NCBI RefSeq assembly: GCF_006345805.1
Contig: NC_043003.1
Span: forward strand, 113,398,001 to 113,462,000
Direction of reading: 5' to 3'
From: Octopus sinensis
Taxonomy: Eukaryota
Length of the DNA stretch: 64,000 nt
A model generated the notes under the pieces. It was not told the origin of the DNA. It did no database searches and saw only the letters and a program-made list of their open reading frames with translations. The position numbers and the translations under genes were made by a program. Positions 38,742-52,219 of the stretch are shown here, one piece after another. Position 1 is the first letter of the stretch. Every line of letters starts with the position of its first letter.

Positions 38742-41700
38742 TAAATATTTATAATTATTTATAAATATATATATATATATATAATATATATAATAAAATA
38801 ATATATATATATATATATAATATATATATATATTAATATATATGTGTGTGTGTGTGTGTGTGTATTTGTGGCAAGGGCCAAAGTTTTAGTTCATTGCCAT
38901 TCTCTATTGTAAATGAATGGTTGTGCTCCATTATACTCGTTCTACACAGAGTTGATAGACAAACCATAAAGAGTGCTCTTTACATATTCTTTCCACAATA
39001 AAGAAAAATATGTCATCACCATTATTTATGCCTCGTCTTGTATAAGAATGGAAGGATGGATGGATGGATGTATAAAAATATAAATTAGTCAGCAGGGGAA
39101 GAACTGGCCCTGATGTTCCAAAGCCACTGAAACTTGTAAACGACACTGTGAGGGCACCACTAACGAGTTGAGTTTTACTACTCAAGTCTCAAGTGATCCG
39201 TTCACCAAAACAATCTGATTCTCTCTGGCAATGTTTTGAAGGCGATTCTTCTTTTTGCCTACCTCCAAAACAAGTGTTTCAACAATGTTTGTTATGAGAC
39301 ACACAACACTGTCTTTGTGACATGGATAGATTGCTTTGCCTGATACAAAACCTGAACATTAAAAGAGGAATACAATTATATTTCTTTTAGTTTTGCAGTT
39401 TAAAAATTTCTCTAAAGCAAAGATTTTTTAGGAAAAAAAAACTAATAAACATAAGTGAATAAATTTTTAAAATACTTTTTTTATCATCAATTTATCATTA
39501 TTATTATTATTATTATTATCATCATCTAATAATAAAAAATAAAATTGTTTAAAATAATGAAATTATCGACGCAATAATTCGATAAATGATGAGTATTCAG
39601 TAGTGGAAAGTTGGAAACTCCACTTCATCGAATAAAATTAATTAAATCATCTAAAACACATGATCAACAACAAGACAAGCAGCAGTAGCTTAAAGCTAAA
39701 CCAAAATACTGCTGCTGCTGCTGCCACTGCTGCTACCATCGCTGCAGTTGTTGTTTTGATATTGATTTCTTTATCAGGCTCTTTCATTTAGTCACATTTT
39801 TTTTTGTCTTTCTTCTTGATTGTTTTCTTTGTTTTTTTTTTTATTTTTTTTCTGAGGCAGAGAGTTACCTTTAGAAATTGGATATTAAATATTGACTTTA
39901 TTCTGATGAATTAAAGATGCTTATTTTACTGGCCCAGAGAGGAATGAAATATAAAGAGGAATCCAAGAAGATTTGAGCCACTCCAGAAATGATTTACCAT
40001 GCTAAACACAGTGGAATATAGTAGACTTCTGCAATCATCCAACTCTGCTTGTTTACCTAACATTGTCTGATCAATTATCATTACTAACAGTATTGTTGAA
40101 GAATTAAAAGCAATTCGATGACTGGCATCTGTGCAAGTAGGGTGCCAAGAGCACCATCCGAGCGTGATCGTTGCCAGAGCAGCCAACTGGCTTCCGTACC
40201 CATGGCATGTTAAAGGGCACCATTCGAGCGTGATCATTACCAATGTCACTTCACTGACACCTGTGCTGGTGGCACGTGTAAAAAGATTCGAGCGAGGTCA
40301 TTGTTAGTGCTGCCTGACTGGCCCCCATGCAGGTGGCATGTAAAAAGCACCCACTACACTCTCGGAGTGGTTGGCGTTAGGAAGAGCATCCAGCTGTAGA
40401 AACTCTGCCAGATCAAGATTGGAGCCTGGTGCAGCCATCTGGCTCGCTAGCACTCAGTCAAAATCGTCCAACCCATGCTAACATGGAAGGCGGACATTAA
40501 ACGATGATGATGATGATGATTTCATTATGGCCCTTAACATTCAAATTTCAGATCCCATTCAGTTGGTAAAATACCAGTCATGTATTTAAGTTTATATGTT
40601 CTCTTATACTCTTCTGACAATCTTATAAACTGTCCTGGTTTTTGTTCACAAAACTGACTTTTTTTATTGTGGAGTGTTTGTGTGTGTAGGGGGTCTGAAC
40701 CTTTAAAGAATAACTTCCCTGTTGCTTTAGCTGGTTTAGGGGCCATGAAGCTGTCATCTATTTTCATCAATGGGACAAATCCTCTTGTATTCCATTATGA
40801 ATAATTTCACTACCAATGTCATTAAACAGAGTTAGTATATTGAAGGAGATGATCAGCTAATGTGGTCATCATTGCCTTACCCTTGCATAATAAAATGACC
40901 ACCACAACGAGTACAACTCTCACAATCACCACTGCTACATTATATCCTGACAGTCATATACAGAAAAGATCTTTGTAAACATCACATCAGCAAAGCCTAC
41001 ACCACCGCCCCATTAATGATCATCTTCATCTACTTTACACAAGAAACACTATTGTCCTGATTACTACAAACAGGCCTGTCCACAAACACCACTACACAAC
41101 ACACCACACACACACATACACACACACACACAGATGCATGAGAGGTTATATTATTTAATTTAATTGATTAATTAATTGGCATGAAACAATTCTTATCCCC
41201 TTAAACAACAGCAGAACTGGTAGTAGTAGCAGCTGTCCTTTATATGCCATCATCCAGAACCACCCACCCCTAGCTATTCCTACCCCCACATCTCCCTCTC
41301 TCTCTCTCACTCTCTCTCTCTCTCTCTCCAGTATTGACTTTTGCAACAATATTACACATCACCATCATCAGGCAGCAATTAGATATGTCACTAAAATTAA
41401 AGCAGACTCATTACTACAATACCAGTTAGCTAATGTTAGTAGGTTAATAATTTGGCTTAATTTCACCCACAAAACACAGAGTAACACAGACAATTAATCT
41501 CAACCACTGAATGAGATAGAGAGAGGGGGGAGACAGACAGACAGACAGACAGAAGAGAGAAAGAGAAAGAGTGGAAAAGAATATACAAGCACACACACTC
41601 CTTTACACAATAAAAAAGAAGCTTTGAGATATAAATTGCTGCAGAAAATAAACAAATAAATGAACCCTGGGCTTGGCCAATTCCTACCCAATGAGCAAAT

Positions 41701-42138
41701 GCAAGGGGCACCATAGGGAGGAGAATCCTGTATCATGTTTACACATGTCCTAATAATGCCTCGCTTAAATTTAATTTCTTTGTCTGTGTGTTTTAAGCTT
41801 AGATTCTTGCTTCCTTATTTCCTGTGCAAGTAGCATCTTAAAAACAAAAAAGGCATTTCACCATTGCTATGTGCATCAACTAACCTGTTAGCAATTATTC
41901 TGCACAAATAATGTTTAGATATGTTGATGCATTCATATAAAAATATTGTTAGTATATGGAAAGTGATGCTAAAAACAAACTGGAAATTGACTCCCTAGGC
42001 AACTTAATCAGCTGTTTCAGTTTTGCACAAGTAACATGATCAAAACCACATCACTGGCTTCTATAAGCAGTGCAGTTACTATCATATCTAGAATTTGTTA
42101 CTTTATTAAGGGGCTAAGTAATATATATGTATATATAT

Positions 42139-42452
42139 GGAGGTGCAATGGCCCAGTGGTTAGAGCAGCAGACTCACGGTCGGAGGATCGCGGTTTCGAT
42201 TCCCAGACCGGGCTTTGTGAGTGTTTATTGAGCGATAACACCTAAAGCTCCAACGAGGCTCTGGCAGGGATTGGTGGCAAACCCTGCTGTACTCTTTCGC
42301 CACAACTTTCTCACACTCTTTCTTCTGTTGGCCAGCTCGCTTAGCCAGCGGGGTGGCATCATTCGAAGGCTAAAAAACAATGCGAATGCATTGTGACCAG
42401 CGATGTGTAACAACATCTGATAGCTTGGTCGGTCACAGGTGATCACGGTGAT
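42139..42452 (+). mobile_element. tRNA-derived SINE, family 3
   Basis: tggcccagtggttagagc A-box, ggtttcgattccc B-box, non-tRNA body, gtgatcacggtgat tail. Confidence 0.7.
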
Positions 42453-43244
42453 ATATATATATTATGCATTAATAATTTGGGTATTATACCACCAGTATAT
42501 TGGATATGATCCCTTAGTGGGTTGGGTCCATAACCCCTAACTTACTTAGTGGTATATATATTTATACATATATATATATATATATATCGTCCAACCCATA
42601 TTAGCATGGAAAGCAGATGTTAAACGATGATGATGATATATATATAGTTATGGTATATTCTGTAAAGAACAGAGCAGAGTACTGTATAAAGCTCATCCAC
42701 TTTCAGATTCCACCCAGTGCTATCCAGTACAGCAGCATCGTACATACTTCCAGGTTTGTGTTTGGACATTTGTCATGTGTGAATCGATAACTGAAAACAA
42801 TTTGGAGGAAACAAAAAGGACATTTGGACATTTATTTCTTTTTCAATTATATACATGCATATATGTATGTAGCGCTGTGATCTCTAGCACACACCAAAAA
42901 TCCCTAAAATGTCCAATGTCATTCCCTGCATATCTGGTTTTTATATCAGAGTGACCTTCTCCTAGAGACATGCTTCAAAAGAAGCTGAAGGGTGCCTCAC
43001 TCCCAGGGGTCTTTCAGCACACTGGACATCATCCCGGAATTTCTGCGTACTCGTGCTATTGCTAGATAACCGTTAAGCCTGCACTAGGTTCATGCATGCA
43101 TGTGTGTGTATGTATGCATGTGTCTTTCTATCTACCTACCTACCTACCTATATATCTATCTATCTATCTACCTACCTACCTATCTATATATCTACCTATC
43201 TATCTATCTATATCTATCTGTCTGTATGTATGTATGTGTGTGTG

Positions 43245-43288
43245 TATATATATATATATATAATATATATTATATAATATATATAATT

Positions 43289-43342
<54 letters not shown>

Positions 43343-43422
43343 TATATATATATTTATATATATATAATATATATATATTATATTTATATATATATATATA
43401 TATATATTATAATATATATATT

Positions 43423-43459
<37 letters not shown>

Positions 43460-43522
43460 ATTTATATATATATATAATATATTTAATTTATAATATATAT
43501 ATTTTAATTATATATATATATT

Positions 43523-43553
<31 letters not shown>

Positions 43554-43632
43554 ATTATAGATATTTATATATATATATTTATATATATTATATATATTTA
43601 TATATATATATATTTATATATATTTATATATA

Positions 43633-43679
<47 letters not shown>

Positions 43680-43685
43680 ATTTAT
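43245..43685. repeat. Almost pure A/T degenerate (TA)n tract; others at 38530-38845 and 45990-46325
   Basis: Direct inspection. Confidence 0.95.
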
Positions 43686-44774
43686 AAGGCTCCTCTAAAA
43701 TATTACCCACCAAAGCATAATATCAATAGAATATCTTCTCAAATGTGAATGAAGAAGACCTATAATACATTTTATTCCATTGTAATTAAAGAACTTGGAG
43801 TAGAAAATAAAATAAATGGCAATAAAATATACTCCAGTTGCAATCATTGTCAATGTGTTGAGATTTGTTTGAAAGTTTGAATTAAGATATACCCATAGTT
43901 TATCTGGCTTCAATTTTTCTAAATAAGAATGGTTTTCTCTCCAAATTTAGTTATCATCCATGAGACAGCAGATATTTTGAAATTATATTTCTTCTGCCTC
44001 ATTTCACTCACTCACCATGATTGATGCATGGAAAATGGGGAAGTTGGCAAATTCATTCTCAGAAGAAATTTTTATCTACATGTATACCTTTAGATATTTC
44101 CATTAAAATTGAACTTATATTAAATTTTTCTAAATTTATGAGTTAGCAAAATGTAAAAAGTAAAATTTAAAATATACTACATACAAAAATCTCCATATCA
44201 ATAAAGAAAATCTAATGGCTCATCATTTAATTATACAAAATCTTTCCACCACACCAAACATATCCAAAATGCATTATTCATTCCCACTTTTCTGTGGTGG
44301 CAATACTTACCTTCAGAAGAAATTTCCAATAAATTATTACTGCATTACACAATGCCATAACCTGAAATCTATTTCGCTTCACATAAATCTTTCAATGTGT
44401 TCTTTGCTGTAAAACTCAAGCCTTTAAAAAATTTATCTAATTACTAGATTTTATTTAAAATAGCTTTCGCTATTAATTAGCTTATGACATCATTGTCTCC
44501 TTGCTGAGTTTTGGCTTCAGACAAAGAATAATCATTTACTTTGCATTACTTACACTGAGCAGGTTAAATCAACTCTTGTCTCATTTCCTGCAGAAAACCC
44601 CCTTCCATTGAATCCCTAATAGCCACACATTAGCCTTGTATGATCCCTATGAAAACAAACCGTCTCTTGGAGACTATCAATTACAAAAGAAGAAACAAGT
44701 TATCCTTCTCTCACACACATATATACACACACATGCGTTTATACACACATATGTAAATATTACATTAAGTATAA

Positions 44775-44815
<41 letters not shown>

Positions 44816-45177
44816 CAAATGGAAATTGTAGTTAAGATACCCATGCGGTGACACGTAAAAAGTACCGTCCGAACGTGGCAGATACCAGCACCGCTTGACT
44901 GGAGTCTGTGTCGGTAACATGTAAAAGCACCAACCAATCATAGCTGTTTGTCCGTCTGCTCTGGCCCCTGTGCCAGTGGCATGTAAAAAACACCCACTAC
45001 ACTCATGGAGTGGTTGGCATTAGGAAGGGCATCCAGCTGTAGAAACATTGCCAAATCAGACTGGAGCCTGGTGCAGCCTCCATGGCTTACCAGACCCCAG
45101 TCGAACTGTCCAACCCATGCTAGCATGGAAAACGGACGTTAAATAATGATGATGATGATGATATATATATATATATA

Positions 45178-45217
45178 TACAGGGTGTAATGGGTAAATTG
45201 TCACCATTTTATATTTT
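45178..45217 (+). mobile_element. Solo TIR of the same mariner-like family
   Basis: tacagggtgtaatgggtaaattgtcaccatttta matches the TIR ending at 35546; begins at TA. Confidence 0.6.
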
Positions 45218-45867
45218 ATATATAAATATATACAGGGATGCAATGACGAATGGCCAAGACCTTTGGCAAAATGCTGTGTTTCAGAAGGGAGAGCTCTGAA
45301 GACAAGTGGCATCATAGTTGTGGCAGACATTCGTGTCATGCAACTGGTGCCCATTCCAGTGACATGTAAAAAGGCACCCATTACACTCTCAGGGTGGTTG
45401 GTGTTAGGAAGGGCATTCAACTGTAGAAACTATGCAAAATCAGACTGGCAGCTGATGCAGTCCCCCAGCTTCCCATCCCAGGTCAAACCATCCAACCCAT
45501 GCCAGCATAGACAAACAGATGCTAAATGATGACGATGATGATGATATATGTACATACATATGTATAAACATACATATACACACATACATATACACACACT
45601 TATATGTATAGTAAATCCCAAAAAGAAGAACAAACACAAAACAAAACCAACAACGTGAGGATGTGGTACATGTAAAGTATATACACACACAAAGTATTTT
45701 TGCAAATTAAATTTAAATGTTGAAATGAATCTAACAGTTTTTGTGTATTTCTTAAATGGCTTATAAACACCTTCCATGCTGCAATTGTTTATATATATAC
45801 ATATATATTGTACCGTTGGCAATTTTTTTTCCCTCCGTCTTCCCTTCTTTGGATCTTTCCTTTTCCT

Positions 45868-45905
45868 ATGTTTCTGATGAAGAGCTCCGCTTGAAACGTT
45901 AAAAC
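45868..45905 (+). ncRNA. Minimal hammerhead motif in a Penelope-like terminal-repeat remnant (about 45790-45990)
   Basis: ttt-CTGATGA-a-gagc[tcc]gctt-GAAA-CGT-T-aaa. Related fragments at 12920-13080 (-), 37190-37265 (+) and 45610-45680 (-). Confidence 0.55.
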
Positions 45906-46208
45906 CTCCTTCTTTCCAATAAAACTATACTTGTTCCACGTCCTCGCATTGTTGTGTTTTCTCCTTGTATTTTCGTGTTTGGATTAACTACATATATATA
46001 ATATATATATATATATATTATATATATTATATATATATATCTATATATATATCTATATATATGCGTATATATATATATAATATATATATATATATCTATA
46101 TATATATATATATATAATATATATATATATATCTATATATATGCGTATATATATATATATATATATCTATATATATGCGTATATATATATATATATATAT
46201 ATATATGC

Positions 46209-46261
<53 letters not shown>

Positions 46262-46545
46262 TATATATATATATATATATATATATATGCGTATATAAAT
46301 ATATATACATATATAATATATATCTATAGATTAAAATATATCAATGTAAGTGTATTTTTTCAATGTTTACAAATAACAGGGAAAAAACAAATAAATAGTT
46401 AACAGGGTAGAAAAAATCCACTCAAGTACCAAGGATATAAGAGCCTACTTATAAAGATCGAAAGTTCAGGTTTTGGTGAAATGATTTTGTAAACATAGAT
46501 AAATAAATAAATGGAGTTAAGCACAAGTGTTATTCAAATCTTTTT

Positions 46546-46640
46546 GCTTCCGACATATGTTTCAAAGAAAACACTGGTATTATTCCAGAAGGAATAAAAT
46601 GATGTAAAACAATGCAATCTTCTCATCAGGAAAGAAAGAA
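46546..46640 (-). ncRNA. Type I hammerhead ribozyme motif, same family as 28532-28630
   Basis: Minus strand: ctttc-CTGATGA-gaaga..gcattg...cagtgt..tcttt-GAAA-catatg-TC-ggaag. Palindromic stem III ACATATGT; shared inner hairpin attcc/ggaat; first stem II pair is G.U. Confidence 0.7.
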
Positions 46641-46718
46641 ACCAAACACAGTGTTTTCTTTCAAATATATTTTGGAAATAAAAAGATTTGAATAACACAA
46701 CGTTTAACTCCATTTATA

Positions 46719-47000
46719 TCTATAACATAAAATCCATTCTGTCTGTCTGTGTGTCTTCTAGGATTTCGGGCAGCCTCTATCTGATTGCGCTCAAATTTGA
46801 CATGTAGATACCGATGGTATCAGAGTGTGTATAAGTCTTGAAAAAAATTACAAAAATCGATTCCAGGTGAGAATGTAATTGATAAAGCCGTCGGAACGTG
46901 CATTTGTATGCGCAAGTACATCAGCTGTTGCGATCAAGACTATACGTACACGAGAAAAATGCACATGCCGTTTGCGCATCAAAAGCCAGATGGCTTGAAA
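46719..47000 (+). mobile_element. Possible non-autonomous Helitron-like 5' end
   Basis: A|TC start (tctataacataaaat), (ctgt)n and ctcaaatttgacatg; no 3' hairpin/CTRR end found. Confidence 0.3.
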
Positions 47001-47269
47001 TAATGCCACAAATTGCAGTATATTTTAAGAGACCAAAAAAGTAAGATGCAAAAGAGATATTTTCTTCAAACTTGGCAGGAAGGAAGGAAAGACTTTGATT
47101 TCTCAAGAAGTCTTTTTTTTTTGCCTTAACTTCGTTTAACAAAACCAAAAATTTTATTGAAATAAAGGCATGCTTAATTATTTTTTAATGAAAAGAAAAC
47201 ACTGATTGCTTTTTATTCAGAAGATATGATTCAGCACTGTCCATTGGATGGGGTGGGGGTTGCTTGTAT

Positions 47270-48905
47270 ATATTGACATTAGCAAAGGAGATATACTACT
47301 AGCCATAGATGAAGTGGACACAAACTCAACTGCTGGTCCTGGTGGTTTCCCAGCAATCCTCCTCAAAGCGTGTAAGCATGTCCTGGCAAAACCCCTCCAG
47401 ATTCTCTTCCTGAGCTTTCTTGCAAATTGCAAACAAGCAAGCAGATACCAAAAACTCTAGGCCTATCTCTCTGACTTCACACATCAGCAAAGTAATGGAA
47501 TGGATAGTCAGAGGAAAACTAATTGCATTCTTTCAAGAACATAACTTGCTGAGTGATACCCAGCATGGTTTTCGACCAGGTAGGAGCTGCCTGACCCAGC
47601 TCTTACAACATTATGACTGGGTGTTGAGGCAGTTACTCAACAAATCAAATGTGGACGTAATATACCTTGATTTTGCAAAAGCTTTTGACAAGGTGGATCA
47701 TGGTATGATATGCCACAAACTGTGTGATCTTCGCATAGCTGGAAAACTTGTAAAGTGGTTACCTGACTTTCTGAAAGATAGGAATTAGGCAGTAGTAACT
47801 AATGGAGCCACCTCTATGAACACACAAATAGTGAGTAGTGTTCCACAGGGCACTGTCTTGGGACCACTGCTTTTTGTAGTGGCCCTCTCAGATATGCCCT
47901 CAAGTGCCCGGAAAGCCACCCTTGTAAGCTATGTAGACGATATGAAAGTCTTGCAGAAAATACAGAACCCAGCGATGTTGCACACCTGCAGCAGGAGTTG
48001 GATTCAATTTACAGATGGGCTGAGGATAATAATATGCAGTTTAATGCTGAAAAATTCCAAGCCCTGTGCTACCAGCATCCAAAACTGAATATGAAACTTA
48101 CAGGGTACACTGGTCCACAGGGAATTTCAATCCCAGAACCTAAATCAGTGAGGGACCTGGGTATCGACATGAGTGATGATACCTCTTTCCAAGTATACAT
48201 TACCAGGATGGTGACAAAGTGCAGACGACTGGCTGGATGGATCCTAAGAACATTCAGAACCAGAGATAAGGAAACCACTTTGGTCCTCTGGGGGACATTC
48301 GTCCTCAGCCGCCTGGATTACTGCTCACAGCTATGGTCACCTACCAGTGTGAAATTAACAGCAGACCTTGAAGCAATCCAGAGAAGATTCACAAAGAAGA
48401 TCGTCTCTTTGCAACAGCTAAGCTACTGGGAAAGGTTGAAACAGCTAAGACTCAACTCCCTGGAGAGAAGACAGGAGAGGTATGCAGTAATATATGTCTG
48501 GAAGATCCTGGAAGGAATTGTGCCAAATTTTGGCATTGAAAGCTACACTAATGCCTGAATGGGATGACTCAGCATAGTGCCAAAGATCCCAGCAACACCA
48601 TTGTGCTTCAGAACCAGTTACTGCAACAGCCTGGGTTTTAGGGGCCCACAGCTTTTTAATATTCTCCCAAAGAGCTTGAGGAACCTGCACAAAGTAGATG
48701 TAGGTGTTTTTAAATCAAAACTGGACCTCTTCCTGTCGAGAGTCCCAGATGAACCTACCTCACAGCAAGAGATGCAAATGAGGGTAGCTACATCAAACTC
48801 CATTCTACACCAAGTGCCACATGTTAGAGGAGGCTGTCACTAATAACAGTGTAGCAAAATGGTGGTATATCAGCATGACCACAGCTCTGAGCTGAAACTA
48901 GAGAG
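47270..48905 (+). mobile_element. 5'-truncated CR1/L2-superfamily LINE, copy 1
   Basis: AGPGG, RPISLTSHISKVME, QHGFRPGRSCLTQL, YLDFAKAFDKVDH, VPQGTVLGPLLF, YVDD, LDYCSQLWSP, YWERLKQLRL; frameshifted; tail cagctctgagctgaaacta. Confidence 0.9.
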
Positions 48906-48933
48906 AAAAAAATATATATATATATAAAATGTA

Positions 48934-48987
<54 letters not shown>

Positions 48988-49334
48988 TGAAGTATATTTG
49001 CCACCTAAATGATGCTAACCCTTAAGGGTTGATGCTTCTGTAGCTTGTAGCCTCAGGAAGACATCTCCTCCACCTGGCTATTTACACACTATCTGTGCCC
49101 TTTCACTATTTGCAAAGGAAGTCATCCATCCCATCTCCATCCTGACTTGATACACATGGACCCGAGTTTCTGGGTATTGACCCATCATCAGCATGTGACA
49201 ACCACCGGTTGGTGATGGGAAATGATTCTCAATGCAAATAGATATATACTTTTTCTTGTGATGGAAAGTCACTGATCTCGAAAAAGTGGAAACAAGCAAT
49301 ATTAAATCTCTGAGCATCAACCTTTAAGGTTTAG

Positions 49335-50790
49335 CTCCTGGGCAATCTAAAAGAAGGTATAATATGCCCTATTCATAACAGCAGAAGCAGAGCAGATGCT
49401 AAAACCACAGGCCTATCTCTCTGACTTCACACATCAGCAATGTCATGGAATGAACAGTCCTATGGAAACTAATTGCATTCCTTGAAAAGAATGACTTGCT
49501 GACTGACACCCAACATCTTTTCTGACCAGGTGGAAGCTGCCTGACACAGCTCTTGTATCATTATGACTGGGTGCTGAAGCAGCTGCTCAACAACTCAAAT
49601 GTGGACATGATATACTGCGGCTTTGCAAAAGTCTTTGACAAAGTCAACCATGGTATGATTTGTCACAAGCTGCGTGATCTTGGCATAGTTGGAAAACTTG
49701 GAGAATGGCTGTATGACTTTCTAAAAGGTAGAAATCAGGTAGTGGTGATCGATGGGGGCTATCTCTGAGGAAACACAAATAATGTTTGGTGTTCCACAGG
49801 GTGCTATCCTGGGACTGTTACTATTCATAATGGCCCTCTCTGACAAGCCCTCAGATGCTCATGTAGTCACCCTTGCTAGCAAGGCAGACAATACAAAAGT
49901 CACTCAGAGGATACAAAACCCTGGAGATGACATGAATCTGCAATGTGAGTTAAATGCAATATACAGGTGACTGAGGAAAATAACATGCAGTTCAATGTTG
50001 GAAAATTCCAAACCCTGCACTACCAACACACGAAGCTCAATGTAAAGCAAATAGGATACACCGGCCCAGGAGGGATTGCAATCCCTGAATCAAAACCAGT
50101 GCAAAACCTGGGCATCAATACATAACTAACTTAGCAATAAAATGCAGATGCTGGGACAGATGGATCCTTCAAACTTTCAAATTGAGAGAAAAGGAAACCA
50201 TAATTGTCCTCTGGAGAATTTTTATTCTAAGCCGTCTGGATTACTGCTCCCAACTGTGATCACCAAACTGTAAATTTAATGATGGAACTTGAGGCGATCG
50301 AGCAAAGTTATGAAAGAGTTAATACTCTACTCCCCGAAGTGAAGGTGGGAAAGATATACAGTTATATATATATATATATGGAAAATCCTAGAAAAAACTT
50401 GCACCAGACTTTGGCATTGTCAGTTACATAAACGGCAGGATGGGGTGCCTCTGCATAGCATGAAAAATCCCAACATTGTCCTCAAGATGCAGGTCCAGAT
50501 ATTGCAGCAGCTTGGGTGTCAATGGCCCACAACTCTTCAATATCCTCCCAAAAAGCCTGAGAGACCTGCATGGCATGGATGTAGGTCTTTTCAAAACAAA
50601 AACTGGATCTCTTTCAGTCAAGAGTTCCAGATGACCCCTATCTCAAGGCAAGAAGCAAAGATGAGGACAGCAACATCAAACTCCCTCATCCACCAATTTT
50701 CATATATCAGAGGAGATTTAGGGAAAGTGTAGCAAAATGAACAGCAGTGCCCTGGGCATGGACACAGTCCTTGGACTGAAACTAAGAAAA
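49335..50790 (+). mobile_element. CR1/L2-superfamily LINE, copy 2 (more decayed)
   Basis: Colinear with copy 1 from RPISLTSH to the tail; many stops. Confidence 0.85.
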
Positions 50791-51850
50791 AAAATTAAAT
50801 ATATATACATGTGTAAATAAACATACACACACACACGCATGCACACACACATGCACACACACACACACACACATTCATGCAGCAGAAATTACAAAGTAAC
50901 TCAAGGGCTGTTTTCTGCATGTGATAAATGCCAATACATGAAACTCTTGACCTACGAGTTATTTCATAACTTCTGTTGATTAAGAATAACATGTGTGTGT
51001 ATGTGCGTGTCTCTGTGCCTATACATACATATATATACATATATACATGTATATACACCCACATACTTTCTTACACATAATGTAAATAATAAAAGATGCA
51101 GAAATCAAGGATTAGTATTTTTATGCTTCATAATAATAACATACACGCGTTTCTTCAAGCCAATTGACTTGCTTCCTCGGTGATATCAAATACAAGGCAG
51201 AGTTTGTTGCATGCCCTTATAAGGTCAAGTCATGCACGTTGTAGGTATGCAAGTTTCTCTAGCAGAATAGAGGGTGACAGGGAGGTAAGGTAACCAGATG
51301 GTGCAAAGATTGTGGACATGAAGCAGAAGGGGAGAAAGTAGGGATTGAAACTCTCACACCCATTTCTCTAGGCAGAGCCATACACCATCATCATCAATGC
51401 CAGCACTTTGACCATTTCCACCTTCAGCCTCCATTCCTCTGTTCACCAAGCAAAGATATGAAGATTCCCATGAAAAAGGAGAAATTTTGGCAAAAGTGGC
51501 AATTTATAGAAATGCAGAATCTTACGTCAGTTTTTTTTTTTCTTTTGTCTTAGACAATCTTTTTCTTCAGAATGTATGATACAAGCAATATCAGCAGCAA
51601 CAACAACAATAATATTCAGCAAGAAACATTTTAAATGGCATCCATAGCAGTAATTGCACCAAAATTCCAGACAATTCAGAAACAGATTTGAATTTCCATG
51701 ATTTCTTTTTAATTAAGTTGACGAGGTTTGTATAAGTCTTATTAAAATACTTCACATAGTTTATTTCCTTACACCTATACATGCACACACACACAAAATG
51801 TGTGTGTGTGAGAGAGAAAGAGAGTGCATGTGTGTATGTGTGTGTGTGAA

Positions 51851-52183
51851 GGCGCATGGCTCAGTGGTTAGAGCGTCGAGCTTACGATCATGAGGTTGTG
51901 AGCTCGAATCCCGGACCAGTCTGCGTGTTGTGTTCTTGAGCAAGACACTTTATTTCACGTTGCTCCAGTTCACTCAGGTGTAGAAATGAGTTGCGACATC
52001 ACAGGTGCCAAACTGTATCAGCCTTTGCCTTCCTTGTGGATTACATCAGTGGTATGGTGAGGGGAGGCCGGTATGCATGGGCGACTGCTGGTCTTCCATA
52101 AAAACAACCTTGCCCAGACTTGTGCCTCGGAGGGTAACTTTCTAGGTGCAATCACATGGTGTGTCATGACTGAAGGGGGTCTC
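51851..52183 (+). mobile_element. tRNA-derived SINE, family 4 (CORE-like)
   Basis: tggctcagtggttagagc A-box, gctcgaatccc B-box, cttgagcaagacactt core-like segment. Confidence 0.75.

Positions 52184-52219
<36 letters not shown>

Noticed and set aside
51851-51920. tRNA-like heads here and at 42139, 10697, 22098, 30346 as tRNA genes
   Set aside because: No closed acceptor stem; each continues into a SINE body.
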